A stretch of DNA of 64,000 bases from Sminthopsis crassicaudata (lineage: Eukaryota), in assembly GCF_048593235.1 (NCBI RefSeq), contig NC_133620.1, forward strand, positions 101,186,852-101,250,851, given 5' to 3'. Within the stretch, counting starts at the first letter, position 1. Each line of letters opens with the position of its first letter. Under the pieces are notes generated by a model. The model had not been told where the DNA came from. It searched no databases and saw only the letters and a list, made by a program, of their open reading frames with translations. Made by a program: the position numbers and the translations under genes. This document shows, piece by piece, positions 46,720 through 59,516 of the stretch.

Positions 46720-48830
46720 GAGGTAAAACAAGGTTGCCAAATATCACCACAATTATTCAATATATTACTAGAAATGAGCTTTATCAATAAAAGAAAAAGA
46801 AATTGAAGGGATTAGAGTAAATAATGAGGAAACAAAACTATTACTCTTTGAGGATGATATGATGGCATTTTAGAGATTCTAGAAAAGCAATTTTAGAAAC
46901 AATAACTTTAGCCAAGTTGCATTTTATAAAATAAACCCATATAAATCATCAGCATTTCTATATGTTACCAAGAAAGCTCAGCAGTAAGAGATAGAAAGAG
47001 AAAACCCATTTAAAATAACTTAGCAATATAATATATACACACACATATGTATAATATAAAATAATTGTAAACAATATAAACAAGACAAAGCCAGGAACTA
47101 CATGAACACAATTACAAAACACTTTTCACTCCAAGAAACTATTTTAATGACCTAGAAAAAAATAACAACAAAATTCATATGGAGGAACAAAAGGTTGAGA
47201 ATTTCAAGGGAATTAATGGGAAAAAAATCAAATGAAGGTGGCCTAGCTGTATCTGATCTAAAGCTATATTATAAAGCAGCAGTCACCAAAACCATTTGGT
47301 ATTGGCTAAGAAATAGATTAGTTGATCAGTTGAATAGGTTAGTTCACAAGACAAAATAGTAACTATAGCAATCTAGTGTTTGACAAACCTAAAGATCCCA
47401 ACTTTTGGGATAAGAATTCATTATTTGACAAAAACTGCTGGGAAAACTGGAAATTAGTATGGCAGAAACTAGGCATGGACCCACACTTAACACCACATAC
47501 TAAGATAAGATCAAAATGGTCCATGATTTAGGTATAAAGAATGAGATCATAAATTAAAAGAACATAGGATAGTTTACCTCTCAGACTTGTGGAGGAGGAA
47601 GGAATTTGTGACCAAAGAAGAATTAGAAATCATTATTGATCAAAAAATGGAAAATTTTGATTACATCAAATTATAAAGCTTTTGTACAAAAAAACTAATG
47701 CAAATAAGATTAGAAGGGAAGTAATAAATTGGGAAAATATTTTTACAGTTAAAGGTTCTGATAAAGGTCTCATTTCCAAAATATATAGAGAACTTACTCT
47801 ATAAGAAATCAAGCCATTCTCCAATTGATAAATGGTGAAAGGATAGGAACAGACAATTTTCAGATGATGAAACTGAAACTATTTCCACTCATATGAAAGA
47901 GTGTTCCAAGTCACTATTGATCAGAGAAATGCAAATTAAGACAACTCTGAGATACCACTACACACCTGTCAGATTGGCTAAGATGACAGAAAAAAAAAAT
48001 GATGAATGTTGGAGGGGATGTGGGAAACTGGGACACTGATACATTGTTGGTGGAGTTGTAAACAGATCCAACCATTCTGAAGATCAATCTGGAATTATGC
48101 CCAAAAAGTTATCAAACTGTGCATACCCTTTGATCTAGCAGTATTACTACTGGGCTTATATCCCAAAGAAATACTAAAGAAGGGAAAGGGACCTGTATGT
48201 GCCAAAATGTTTGTGGCAGCCCTTCATGTAATGGCTAGAAACTGGAAGATGAATGGATGTCCATCAATTGGAGAATGGTTGAGTAAATTACGGTATATGA
48301 ATGTTATGGAATATTACTAATCTGAAAGAAATAACCAGCAGGATGAATACAGAGAGGCTTGGGGAGACTTACATGAACTGATGCTGAATGAAATGAGCAG
48401 AACCAGGAGATCATTATATACTTCAACAACAATATTTTATGAGGATGTATTCTGATGGAAATGGATATCTTCAACAAAGAGAAGATCTAATTCAGTTCCA
48501 ATTGATGGACAGACTCAGCTACACCCAGAGAAGGAACACTGGGAAATGAGTGTGAACTGTTTACATTTTTGTTTTTATTCCCAGGTTATTTTTACCTTCT
48601 GAATCCAATTCTTCCTGTGCAACAAGAAATTTGGTTCTGCACACATATATTGTATCTAGAATATACTATAACATATTTAACATGTATAAAACTGCCTGCC
48701 ATCTAGGGAAAGGGGTGGAGGGAGGGAAAGGAAAAATCGTAACAGAAGTGAGTGCAAGGGATAATGTTGTAAAAAATTACCCATGCATATGTACTATCAA
48801 AAAAAAGTTATAATTATAAAATTAAATTAA
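46720..48830 (+). mobile_element. L1 (5'-truncated in RT, internally deleted, inactive)
   Basis: Starts in the RT region (caaggttgcc; ctctttgaggatgatatgatg, a FADD-type motif), runs through the ORF2 C-terminus and 3'UTR to an A-rich tail; frameshifted. Confidence 0.92.
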
Positions 48831-48834
48831 ATTT

Positions 48835-50640
48835 TTAAAAAACCACTTTTTACACAAATAAAGTTAGATCTAAACAATTGGAAGAATATCAATTGCTCAT
48901 GGTTAATCCAAACTAATATAATACAAATGACAATTCTGCCCAAATTAATCTGCTTATTCAGTGCCATACCAATCAAACTGCCAAAAAAATTTACTTTATA
49001 GATATAGTAGAAAAAAATAATAACAAAATTCAGCTGGAAGAACAAAAGGTCAAGAATATGAAAGGAATTAATGGGGGGGGAATGCAAAGGAAAGTAGCCT
49101 AACCATAGCAGGCCTAAAATTATATTATAAAGTGATGGTCATCAAAACTATTTTGTATGCAATTTTGCATTGGCTAAGAAAAAGAGTAGTGAATATTGGA
49201 ATAGGTTAACTACACAGTCAATAATGGCAGAAATCTACTGTTTGATAAACCAAAGACTCCACCTTCTAGGATAAGAACTCACTATTTGACCCAAATTGCT
49301 GGGGAAATTGGAAAATAGTATGGCAGAAACAAGGCACTGGCCAACATCTAACACCCTATACCAATATAAGTCCATGATTTGGACATAAAGGGTGATATTA
49401 TAAGCAAATTTAGGAGTGCAAGGGAAAGACTACCTATCAGACCTGTGGAGAAGGGAGGCATTTATGGCCAAAGAGGAACCAGAGAACATTATGAAATGCA
49501 AAATAGATAATTTTGATTACATTATAAAAAGATTTTGCACAAACAAAACCAAAACATCCAAGATTAGAAGGGATGCAGAAAGCTAGGAAAAAATTTTCAC
49601 AGTGTTTCTGACAAAGGCCTTGTTTCTAAGATATATAGAGAATTGACTCAAATTTATAAGAATATAAGTCATTCTCCAGTTGATAAATGGTCAACGGATA
49701 TAAACACAAAATTCAATGAAAAAATTAAAGCCATTTCTAGTCTTATGAAAAAATGCTTTCAATCACTATTGATTAGAGAAATACAAATTAAGACAACTCT
49801 ACTTTACACTCTTAGATTGACAGGAAAAGATCATTATAAATATTGGAGGGAATATGAGAAAACTGGGATATTAATATATTGTTAGTAAAACTGTGAAATG
49901 ATCCAACCACTCTTGAAAGCAATTTGAAACTATGCCCAAAGGGTTATAAAACTGCATTCCCTTTGATTCAGTAGGCTCAATACTGGGTCTATATCCCAAA
50001 GAAATCATAAAAGAGGGAAAAGGACTCATGTTGCAAAAATGTTTGTAGGAGCCCTTTTTGTAATGACAAGGAACTAGAAATTAAGTAGATACCCATCAAT
50101 TAATGGCTGAATAAGTTATGGTATATGAATGTAATGGAATATTATTGTTCTATAAAAAATAATGAGAAGATTAACATGAACTGATATTAAGTGAAGTAAG
50201 CAGAATCAAGAAAACATTGTACACAGTAACAATAAGATTATATGATCAACTGTGAAAGCCTTGGCTCTTCTCAACAATGTGGTGATTCAAAACAATTTCA
50301 ATAGACCTGGGATGGAAAATGACACTCACATCCAGAGAAAACTATGGAGACTGAATATGAATCAAAGCATAGTATTTTCAGTTTTTTGTTTATTTGTTTG
50401 TTTTTTCTCATGTTTTTTCCCCTTTTGATTTGATCTTTTTTACATAACATGACAAATATGAAAGTATTTTAAAAGAATAGCACATATTTAATCTATATAA
50501 AATTATTTGCTGACTTCGAAAGGAGGAAGGTGAGGAAGGGGGAAAAATTTGGAACACAAAGTCATACAAAAATGAGTGTTGAAAACTATTTTTGCATGTA
50601 TTTGTAAAATAAAATATTATTGAAAAAAATTTTAATTAAA
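48835..50640 (+). mobile_element. Second, more diverged L1 3' portion directly behind the first
   Basis: ORF2 text tacacaaataaagttagatctaaacaattggaag... through the 3'UTR to an A-rich tail at ~50620-50645. Confidence 0.9.
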
Positions 50641-52135
50641 AAAATTTCTGATCAATTACAAATCACAGTTCCAGAGAACTGATGGTGAACTATACCCCAC
50701 CTCCTGCCAAGCAAAAATACTAATGAAATATATGTGCGGATATGGTCAATTCAGAAATTTGATTTACTTGACTATACATATTTATTACAAGATTGTTTGT
50801 AATTTTTTTAAGTCAGTGGAGGAAAGAAATAAATATAAATGATTAAAAATCATTAAAAAATGAAATCTGACAAACCACATGAATTAATAGAGATAAGTCA
50901 CAGAAATCAAGAGTGACTTGAACAAACTTGGTAAGAAAGGAAAAACCAAGATTCCAGTTATCCTGATAGAAATATGCATTTTAGTAGGGCATCACAATCA
51001 ATCCCTCATCTGTTATATTGGTCTGGGTACTTAAAATACACCAGGGACAGGTAGAGACTAACCCAAATGGACATGGCAGCTCTTGGAGACTAAGCCCTAA
51101 CAGACAGGAATTTATTTGTGCCCCCTTCAGAAGCCAGTTGGCTTCATCCAGTTGCACAAAATTTCTATTATTATTGCTCAAGTTCTCCCTCTCTCCTCCA
51201 ATATGCCTAAAGTGCATTTTTTCTTGTCTAATAATCTGAATACATGCTCTTTGTGAGCAGGGATTTGGGTCAATCATTTTTTTTTTTTTTGTCTCAAATT
51301 TTGTCTCACAACTAACAGAGAATAGCTGCTGAATTTAACTGAATTGTAAGACTGCTCTTTCAAACAGTCCCACCATTACTTCATAGCTATATAAAGTCTA
51401 TCCTCTGAAAACACCTTCTAAAGAAGAGGATATGTCAAAGTTATGTAATTTATGAGTAATCAAAGGTTGGTTCCAAGGAAAAATTCCCAAACTCCTTCTC
51501 CCAATCCTAAGCTCTAATTGTGATCATTGACAATATCAGCCTTTCTCCTCTCTCTTTCTGGAAAGGTAGCTAAGAATAAATTTTGCAGCATTTTCTTCAA
51601 TAAACACACAAATTTACTGTTCCAAAGTTTCCAGAAAAGCAGTCTCTTATTTCAAAGTAAAGGGAATGCATGCACAGAAGGGCTGAGCAGTTCAAAGGAG
51701 GCCTTCTAGCATAACAGCAATACTGAAATCAAAATGGAAGCAAGGTTCTTTACTCATTTAATTCTCCTCTGTTTAGTAGGTCATATTCCCCATAACTTCT
51801 GACTGCTGTCTTTGAGAACTCATGATACATTCATTAATTAATAGTGTTAAATAAACGGCATTACCTCTCAGTCTACTGAAAGAAGGTGCAGAATGCTGTC
51901 AGATGTCACTGATATGTTGTGCATGTTTGCTCAACTGCTTTTGGTGCCCCCCCCCCCTTTTTTTTTGTTACAAGGAATACTTTGCTGTACAGGAGAAGGG
52001 GAAGTGATATATTTGGAAAGGAAGTTACATGAAAAAACTTTAAATATTAAAGCAAAAAAAGAAGCTAGATATAGAAGGCTGGTTGTAGGAGCTCTGTGTG
52101 TGTGTCTGTATATGAGCAGTAAGAGCATCTTGTAC

Positions 52136-52524
52136 CTGCAGCAAAACATGGTGCATTGTCACCTCCAGCTCTGCCAAGACGTGGGTAGGGTCCTCACTCT
52201 CTTCGTGGACCTCCAGGTCCTCCTCGGGAATGGTTTCCCACTTGCCCTGGTGCGAGGCCAGAGTGTGCACTAGTTCATACTGGCCGGGCAGCGCCAAGCT
52301 GACCCGAGTCTGATTCCCATTGGTGAAGTGGAGGCGCCGCCGCTTACAGCTCTCCTCACTGCCCCGCTTGGTGGTAGGCAGTATCCGCTCCCCCAGCAGC
52401 ATGTTCAGCAGCTGGCACTTTGCATTACAGTCCTGGCCCAGGATGAAGATACAGGGAAGGCAGTTCACCATCAATTGGAGGAACTCTTCTTCACGGGGAG
52501 GGAAGGAAATGCAACTCAGGTGCC
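52136..52524 (-). CDS. DSTYK: DSTYK exon 2 (389 nt)
   Basis: (G)[50 protein letters not shown]...[13 protein letters not shown]; cctag/GTACAA ends. Begins in phase 1. No GC-rich exon 1 is seen in 52525-64000. Confidence 0.96.
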
Positions 52525-52739
52525 CTAGGGGTCAACAGGGAGGGAAAAAAAAAATAACAGACATTCCATTAGGATGCCAGGATTTAAAATGAGAAACCAC
52601 TGGGACTTTATCAGTTTTAAAAACCATCAGGAAAATAGCCTGGCCTATCAAAATTTCAAAGGGATTCCATGAACACTTCATAGGATTTTTATCCCTGATC
52701 ATAATTTGTGATTTCTATCCAAGTAACAATAAGCTAACC

Positions 52740-53109
52740 CAAAGCCTCTTAAAATATGGGTCATGAGCCTACGTAGAGTCACAAAACAATGTGGGGGGGG
52801 AAGGTAGCAAAAAATTTCGAGACATTAAAATGATCAAATATTTCACCAAAATTGAATTCTTTAATAATAAACAAGCACATTTAATCATAAACAAGCACAT
52901 CTAGCTCATTAGTATGCAAATTTGTTTTAATCTTTAATAAATGGTAAAATAAAAGTATACCAAAGAATTGTTTTAAAATAAACTTCTTTGTGATTTATTA
53001 TCAGTAAATGTTTGATCTATATACCTATTTTATAAACCTGTATATCCAGGGACACATAAAACTTTCTTGGTAAAAAGGGGTCACAGTGGAAAAAGTTTAA
53101 GAAGCCCTG
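52740..53109. mobile_element. hAT-Charlie non-autonomous transposon (370 bp) with 8-bp TSD
   Basis: Terminal inverted repeats caaagcctcttaaa / tttaagaagccctg (11 of 14 match); exact TSD agctaacc at 52732-52739 and 53110-53117. Confidence 0.85.
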
Positions 53110-54200
53110 AGCTAACCTACCCTTCTCTTATACATGAATAGTCTAGGGAGTCTGTCACAAAAATTAATTCATAAACAAATATAAAATCAACAGAACCCAG
53201 CTTCTCAAGAAGACTAAGCTGATTAGAACATGCAAACTTCCAAGGAGAATTCAAGTCCAACAATGAGAAAACCATGAACCTATCCAACAGGAATAACCTA
53301 ATGTATCAATACAATACATATAATAGCTTCATTCCTTATGAATTTGTTTCTGAAAAGTTTATGCTATTGTCATCATTTATATGACAGATATATGTCATAT
53401 ATGTGCCGTGTATGCATATGTATGCATTTGTACATATATAATACATAAACATATAAGTAATTATACATGCATACACTCCTACTGCATTTAAATGAGGATA
53501 AATTTTAGTGAAAAATAAGTTCTGGAAGCTTTCCCAGTTCTTTCCAGGACATGCAATGATGGCAACACAGCTATTAGCCCCTTCTACAATCAAAAACAGA
53601 CTAATTAACAATCAAACCAGTTTCATGAGATTATATTGCTTCAGCTCAGTCAGTAAGACTCGGAATGACAACAAGATGGCAGTGACCTGAAAAACAGAAA
53701 CCAGTCAAATCTAGAAAATATGATCTTTCTCTCCAATCTTTTTCAAAACAAAACAAAAATTCCTCTTCTTCATCATCCTTCTCTCTTAAAAAAAAAATCA
53801 ATTTTCCTCTGGATAGTTGTTTTATTTTCTAAATAGGTTCAAACAATACAAGAGAAGAATAAAGATCTTTAAACACCAAAACAAGTTGGGGCAGCTTTGT
53901 GAAAATTGGTATGGGTAGCCTGCCTTTAACTCTGAGTCAGGTCCCCAGCTTCTACCCCACATTTCCCTTACTGTCACACAAGATGAGGACCAACAGGCAA
54001 ATGCAAACTTTTTTGCCTTTAGATGCACAAAAAGTACAGTTCTAGAGATACAAGATCCCTGCTCCCAATGTGCTGGCTGACAGGTGCTCCATCTGAGAGT
54101 ATCAGGCCTGTGCTAACTGGACAAATACCAAACTATTCACTTTGTACAGTGAAGGAAACTCCGCTTCACGTAAGGTGTCACACTTCCAAATGATAGTCTA

Positions 54201-54360
54201 GGGGCTGCTAGGTGGTGCAGTGGATAGAGCACCAGCCTTGAATTCAGGAGGACCTGAGTTCAAATTTGGTCTCAGACACTTAACACTTCCTGGCTGTGTG
54301 ACCCTGGGCAAGTTACTTAACCCCAGCCTCAGGAGGGGAGGGGGGGGGGGAAAGAAAGAA
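54201..54360 (+). mobile_element. WSINE1-like SINE with 15-bp TSD and G-rich tail
   Basis: TSD ccaaatgatagtcta at 54186-54200 and 54361-54375. Confidence 0.88.
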
Positions 54361-55124
54361 CCAAATGATAGTCTAGCTCTAAAATATTCTAGCTGATCCC
54401 CCCACCTCCTTCCACATAATTCTCCAACATTAGGAGCACAAAACCAATGCTATACTTTCAATAAATTTGCTCACAGCTTTGGTGGGAGAAGCCTCCCCAT
54501 ACTTTTGTTCTTTCAAGCCCCTTCTCTTCATTTTCATAAATACATCAACCAGATAGAATTTCATCAGCAATAATAGAAATGAAAAGAGTAGCTTGACTAA
54601 GAAAATCAGGCACGCTCACTGCCCCAGTGGAGAGCAAAGCTCTGCGGAAGACAAAAATACATTGACTGATCCCTACTCTGTGCAAGGTGAGCAAATCATT
54701 ATAACAAGCTATGGTCTCTCCCTTAAAAACTTGAAGATACAGGCCTACTTATTCTCATATTCACATTTCAAGTGGAGATGAGAATTCCTTGGATCAGAAC
54801 CTAGTTGTGGCCAGAAATAGTCTTACTCGCAGCAAGACAGAGAAAGACACAATTTGAAACAACCAAATAGGCAGCAAAATCTAAAAGAGACAGTCCTCCT
54901 AAATGTATCTATCATTTCAAAATGAAGGATGAATAAGGGCATGAAAATAGTGACCTCTTAGTTGTATTTCACAATTTTAAATACAACAAAAGCCTCAGCC
55001 TGAGCCATCAAGGAGTCCATTTGGCTTTCAGTGCTGCTGTAATTCATCTAATCTTTTTTTGCCAGCCTTCCTCTAATGGGTAGCCTGTGTTTGGGCTTTT
55101 TACTCACACCCTGACTTCATTTTC

Positions 55125-55139
55125 CATACATACATACAC

Positions 55140-55180
<41 letters not shown>
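55125..55180. repeat. (CATA)n/(CA)n microsatellite at the tail of an antisense L1 3' fragment (to ~55360)
   Basis: Direct reading. Confidence 0.85.
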
Positions 55181-55183
<3 letters not shown>

Positions 55184-55904
55184 TTAAAAGTATTTTATTT
55201 TTTCTAATTACATATAAAGATATTTTTCAACATTTAATTTTACAAAATTGTGATTGCCAGTTTTTTTTTCATCCTCCCCCTTCTACTCCACAAGACAACA
55301 AGCAAACTGATATATATTATATATGTACAACCATATTAAACATAGTTCCACATTAGTCACCTAACTGACTTCTAATGAGAAACCAGGTCTATTTCAACCT
55401 AAGATTCCATGGTCTGAAAAGTATAGGCTTAAAACTGAGATTTGTGATTACAAGGTATTAAAATATAGAATAGTTAAGAAACTAACACTAACTACAAATA
55501 TGCTAATGCTCAGGATTATCAGGGAGAGGCCTAAAATTCTCAGAGGCGGTGTCCAGTATATGGGGAAGGCAGAAAAACACAATCCATCTGCCAAAACCAC
55601 AGCAGACACACCCATTTTATTCATCTGGCATAAACTAACACCCCAAATCCCTGATACTGAAATACCCACAGTGAACAAATACACTGAGGAATCAGACTAG
55701 AGACTACTGATAAGGAAATTTCCATTTTTATTTGTATTTTTTTTAACTAAGTGAGTTTATAAGAGTTTTGGAAGCAACAAGGATATTCACTCCGGGAACC
55801 AATAGAGCATCTCAATAATTAGAATATAGCTAACTTGCAGAGTAGTTTTCTCTCCAAGTATTCAGTTCCTTTACTTCTCTTATCTATTCTTTTAAAATCT
55901 CTTG

Positions 55905-57140
55905 ACCACTGATAAAGGCCTTATTTCTAAATATATAGAGAGAACTGACTCAAATTTATAAGAATTCAAGAATTCTTCAATTGGTAAATGGTCAAAGGAT
56001 ATGAACAATTTTCAGATGAAGAAATTGAAACCATTTCTAGTCATATGAAAAAATTTTCTAACTCATTATTGATCAGAGAAATGCAAATTTCAATCAATCA
56101 ATCAAAAATCAAATCAAAAGACAACAAAAACACACCTCTCAGATTGGCTAAGATGACAGGAAAAGATAATGATGAAAGTTGGAGGGAATGTGGGAAAACT
56201 TAATACATTGTTGGTGGAATTGTGAAGATATCCAGCCATTCTGGAGAACAATCTGGAACTATGCCAAAAGGGTTATAAAGCTGTGCATGCCCTTTGGCCC
56301 AGCAGTGTTACTTCTGGGCTTATATCCCAAAGAGATCTTAAAGAAAGGAAAGGGATCAACATGTGCAAGAATGTTTGTGGCAGTCCTCTTTGTAGAGGCA
56401 AGAAACTGGAAACTAAGTGGATGCCAATCAGATGGATAATGGTTGAATAAATTGTGGTATATGAATGTGATGAAATATTATTGTTCTATAAGAAACAATC
56501 GGCAGGATAAAGCCTGGAGAGATTGACATGAACTGATGAGCAAAACAAGGAGATCATTGTACACGGCAATAAGATTATACAAAGATCAATTCTGATGGAT
56601 TTTTCAACAATGAGATGATTTAGGCCAGTTCCAATAGACTTGTGATGGAGAGCAACTACACCTAAGAGAGAACTATGGAAACTGAACGTGGATCACAACG
56701 TAGCATTTTCACTCTTTTTGTTGTGGTTTGCTTGGATTTTATTTTTTTCTCTTTTTTTTTTTTTAATTTTTTGATCTGATTTTCCTGCAAGTTAGCTATA
56801 TTCTAATTATTGAGATGCTCTATTGGTTCCTGGAGTGAATATCCTTGTTGCTTCCAAAACTCTTATAATAAACTCACTTAGTTAAAAAAAAATACAAATA
56901 AAAATGGAAATTTCCATATCAGTATACAAGATAATTGTATAAATATGTAAATCTATGTTGGATTTAACTTATATTTTTACCATGTTTGACATAATATTGG
57001 ATTACATCCCATTTAGGGGAGGAGATGAGGGGAAGGAGGGAAAATGGGAACACAAGGTTTTTCAAGGGTCAATGTTGAAAAATTATTCTTCTGTATTTTT
57101 AAAAATAAGAAACTTCAATAAAATATATAAAATATAAAAA
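55905..57140 (+). mobile_element. L1 3' portion, diverged and interrupted
   Basis: ctgataaaggccttatttctaaatatatagagagaactgactc...tctggaactatgccaaaagggttataaagctgtgcatgccc; 3'UTR end at ~57000-57140. Confidence 0.85.
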
Positions 57141-57879
57141 TAGTAAATCTCTTGAGTATAAGAAATCAGGGAGAGAGATAGAAATGTAGCAGCTTCTTAG
57201 CAGCTTCTGTGGTCAAAAGTTTAGTAGAGGAAGAGATTTTCACTACTGCCTTGAATGACTTTGTAATTATCTAAAAACCTAAAATACTAAGGATCCTTGC
57301 TGGCCCACTATAACTATAGACCAAATGACTGTTGAATTAAATAAAGGAGTTTTCCTATTCATTAAAAATAAAAATGAAAAACCTTCAGACACAGTTTAAA
57401 ACTTTCAAGCAAGCTGGCAATGGAATAGAAGAACAAAACTTGTTTCTGACCTGGAACAACTGCTTTATACACAGTTAAATAACTTCCAAGTTAATAAGGT
57501 TTCCTTTATAATTAATACAACAGCATACACATATGGTAATGCCAGAAGGTAACAGCATGATTTCTTAGGGGCCAGTTAACACTGCCAACTCCCAAATGCT
57601 TTCCACCGACCTCTCTTGCTAGTGAAACAGAATTGTGGCCATCCAAGCAACACAATAGGGCCCTCATCCTAGCCCCTCAGTCAAGTGTCATAAATGTACC
57701 TCAGGTTCTCCATGTATAAAATAAGAGAGGTAGGCTAGATCTTCCCAAAGTTTCCTTATATTTGAAAAAGCTTAAAGGTCTCTTCAAAGACTATCAAAGC
57801 AATAAGCATATTCTTAGCCACAGAGAAAAATAACAAAAACTCAGAGTAAAAAATCAGAGTTTGGCCTTTTGCCCCCTAA

Positions 57880-58110
57880 TGACAATAATAATAATAATGA
57901 TAATAATAAATTTCAGATTTGTAAAGCACTTTACAAATATCTCATTTTAGCCTCAAAACAATTTTGGCTAGTAGATGCTATTATTATCCCCATTTTACAA
58001 ATGAGGAGACTGAGGCAGACAGCAGTGTTGTAATTTCTCCAGGATCACACAGCTAATAAGAGACTACATCTGAATTCAAGACTTTCAAACTCCAAGTTCA
58101 GTGCTCTATC
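57880..58110 (-). mobile_element. MIR SINE
   Basis: ttattatccccattttacaaatgaggagactgaggcag core. Confidence 0.75.
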
Positions 58111-59369
58111 CACTACATAACCTAGCTGCCTTGTGAAACTGTCTTCTTATAATAGAGTGCAAGAGTTATAAGGAGAACTGGGCTTGAATCCTGCTTCCCA
58201 CACAGTTGTGATATCCCCATCTGTAAAATGGAGTTCATCAGATGAAAAATTCAGAACTGGAAGAAACCCTAGAAGTCCTCTGGTCTCACCCCATCATTTT
58301 ACAGATGAAGAAACTTAAAGCTAAAGGGAGTTAACTGATTTGGCCAAAGTCACTTGGTTTTAAGAGGCAAAGCTGATATACGAAGCCAAGTCTTCTAATG
58401 TCAGCCTTGGACTCTGCCTACTTGATACTCCCAGTATTGCTATAGAGAGCTATTATGAAGATTAAAGAAAGCCATGATTGAATTTGTTAGGAAAGTTTAG
58501 ATAAAAGTTGAGTATCTCAAAAGGGATTATTTCTAAATGGACCAAATAACACCTTGGTTGTCAAAATCTATATAGAGGAATAATAATTAATTCCATTCAA
58601 TTCAACAATTTCAAGCATTTAGGATGTTCTTGCAAAATACCAAGCACTACACAATAGCTGAGGCCAACAAAACACAAATGAAACAGTCCCTGCCCTCAAA
58701 CAACTTGTAGCATGCTGGGGAAAGTCAACATTTAAATAGCTAAGCAAATAAAATACAAGATGCAAAGCTCAAAGTTATTTCCAAAGATGGGAGAGAGTGA
58801 GGGGATGAAGAAGAGCACTAACAGCTGAGGAAAATTCAGAAAATGCCTCCTGAGGCTAGACAAGTTTTACCCAGAACTCTACATTGACTTCAGAAGGTCA
58901 GGCTAATACTTAGGGGAAAAAATAGCTAAACTCCATTTCCCAGTCTAGGGCTTCCAGCAATTTCATACTTGAAAAGTTCCCAATGCAAACCAGAGCAGTG
59001 TGGCTGACTCTCTGGACTAGAGAAATAAAGCTGCCAAGAATCAAGAGCAAAAATAGGACATGAAAGAGTCCCCAAGATTGCCAGTCACCAATGGCTAATA
59101 TCTTATTTCTACTTTATGATTGCCTTGAAATGCCACTTGAAATTCTACAGAACTTTTCTTAAGAAAATGCCTTTCATATCAATTCTCAGAGAATGTTACT
59201 CTTAAACTTCAAGTTAACATTTTTCCTCTTAAATACAAAAAGAAAGAAACTGTACTACTATCCTCCGATGTGATAACTAATAACCTATTGCCTTTAGGTT
59301 ACTGTATAAGTCAGAAAATAAAGCAGTCACTTTTTATAAAAAGAAGGACTTAATCTATATTGAATCATT

Positions 59370-59516
59370 CTTATCGCACCATTCTCCTCCTGGTGAGACG
59401 CTGGACAATTTAACACAGGTTGTGACCATGGACAGAGTAACCTGCCTATAAGGGACAGAACTGGCTATCTTGATCTAAATAGTAACGTTTTCTAGCCTAC
59501 TGAACTAAATTGGCCC
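59370..59516 (-). mobile_element. Ancient tRNA-derived SINE (MamSINE1-like)
   Basis: Minus strand GGGCCAATTTAGTTCAGTAGGCTAGA...GCCAGTTCTGTCCC is a decayed tRNA-Ile-like head, followed by actctgtccatggtcacaac as in the recalled MamSINE1 body. Not a functional tRNA. Confidence 0.5.

Noticed and set aside
25375-57140. Large L1 copies all antisense to DSTYK
   Set aside because: A well-known intronic orientation bias, and small sense-oriented fragments exist (~55190, ~62560). No L1 here has an intact ORF.
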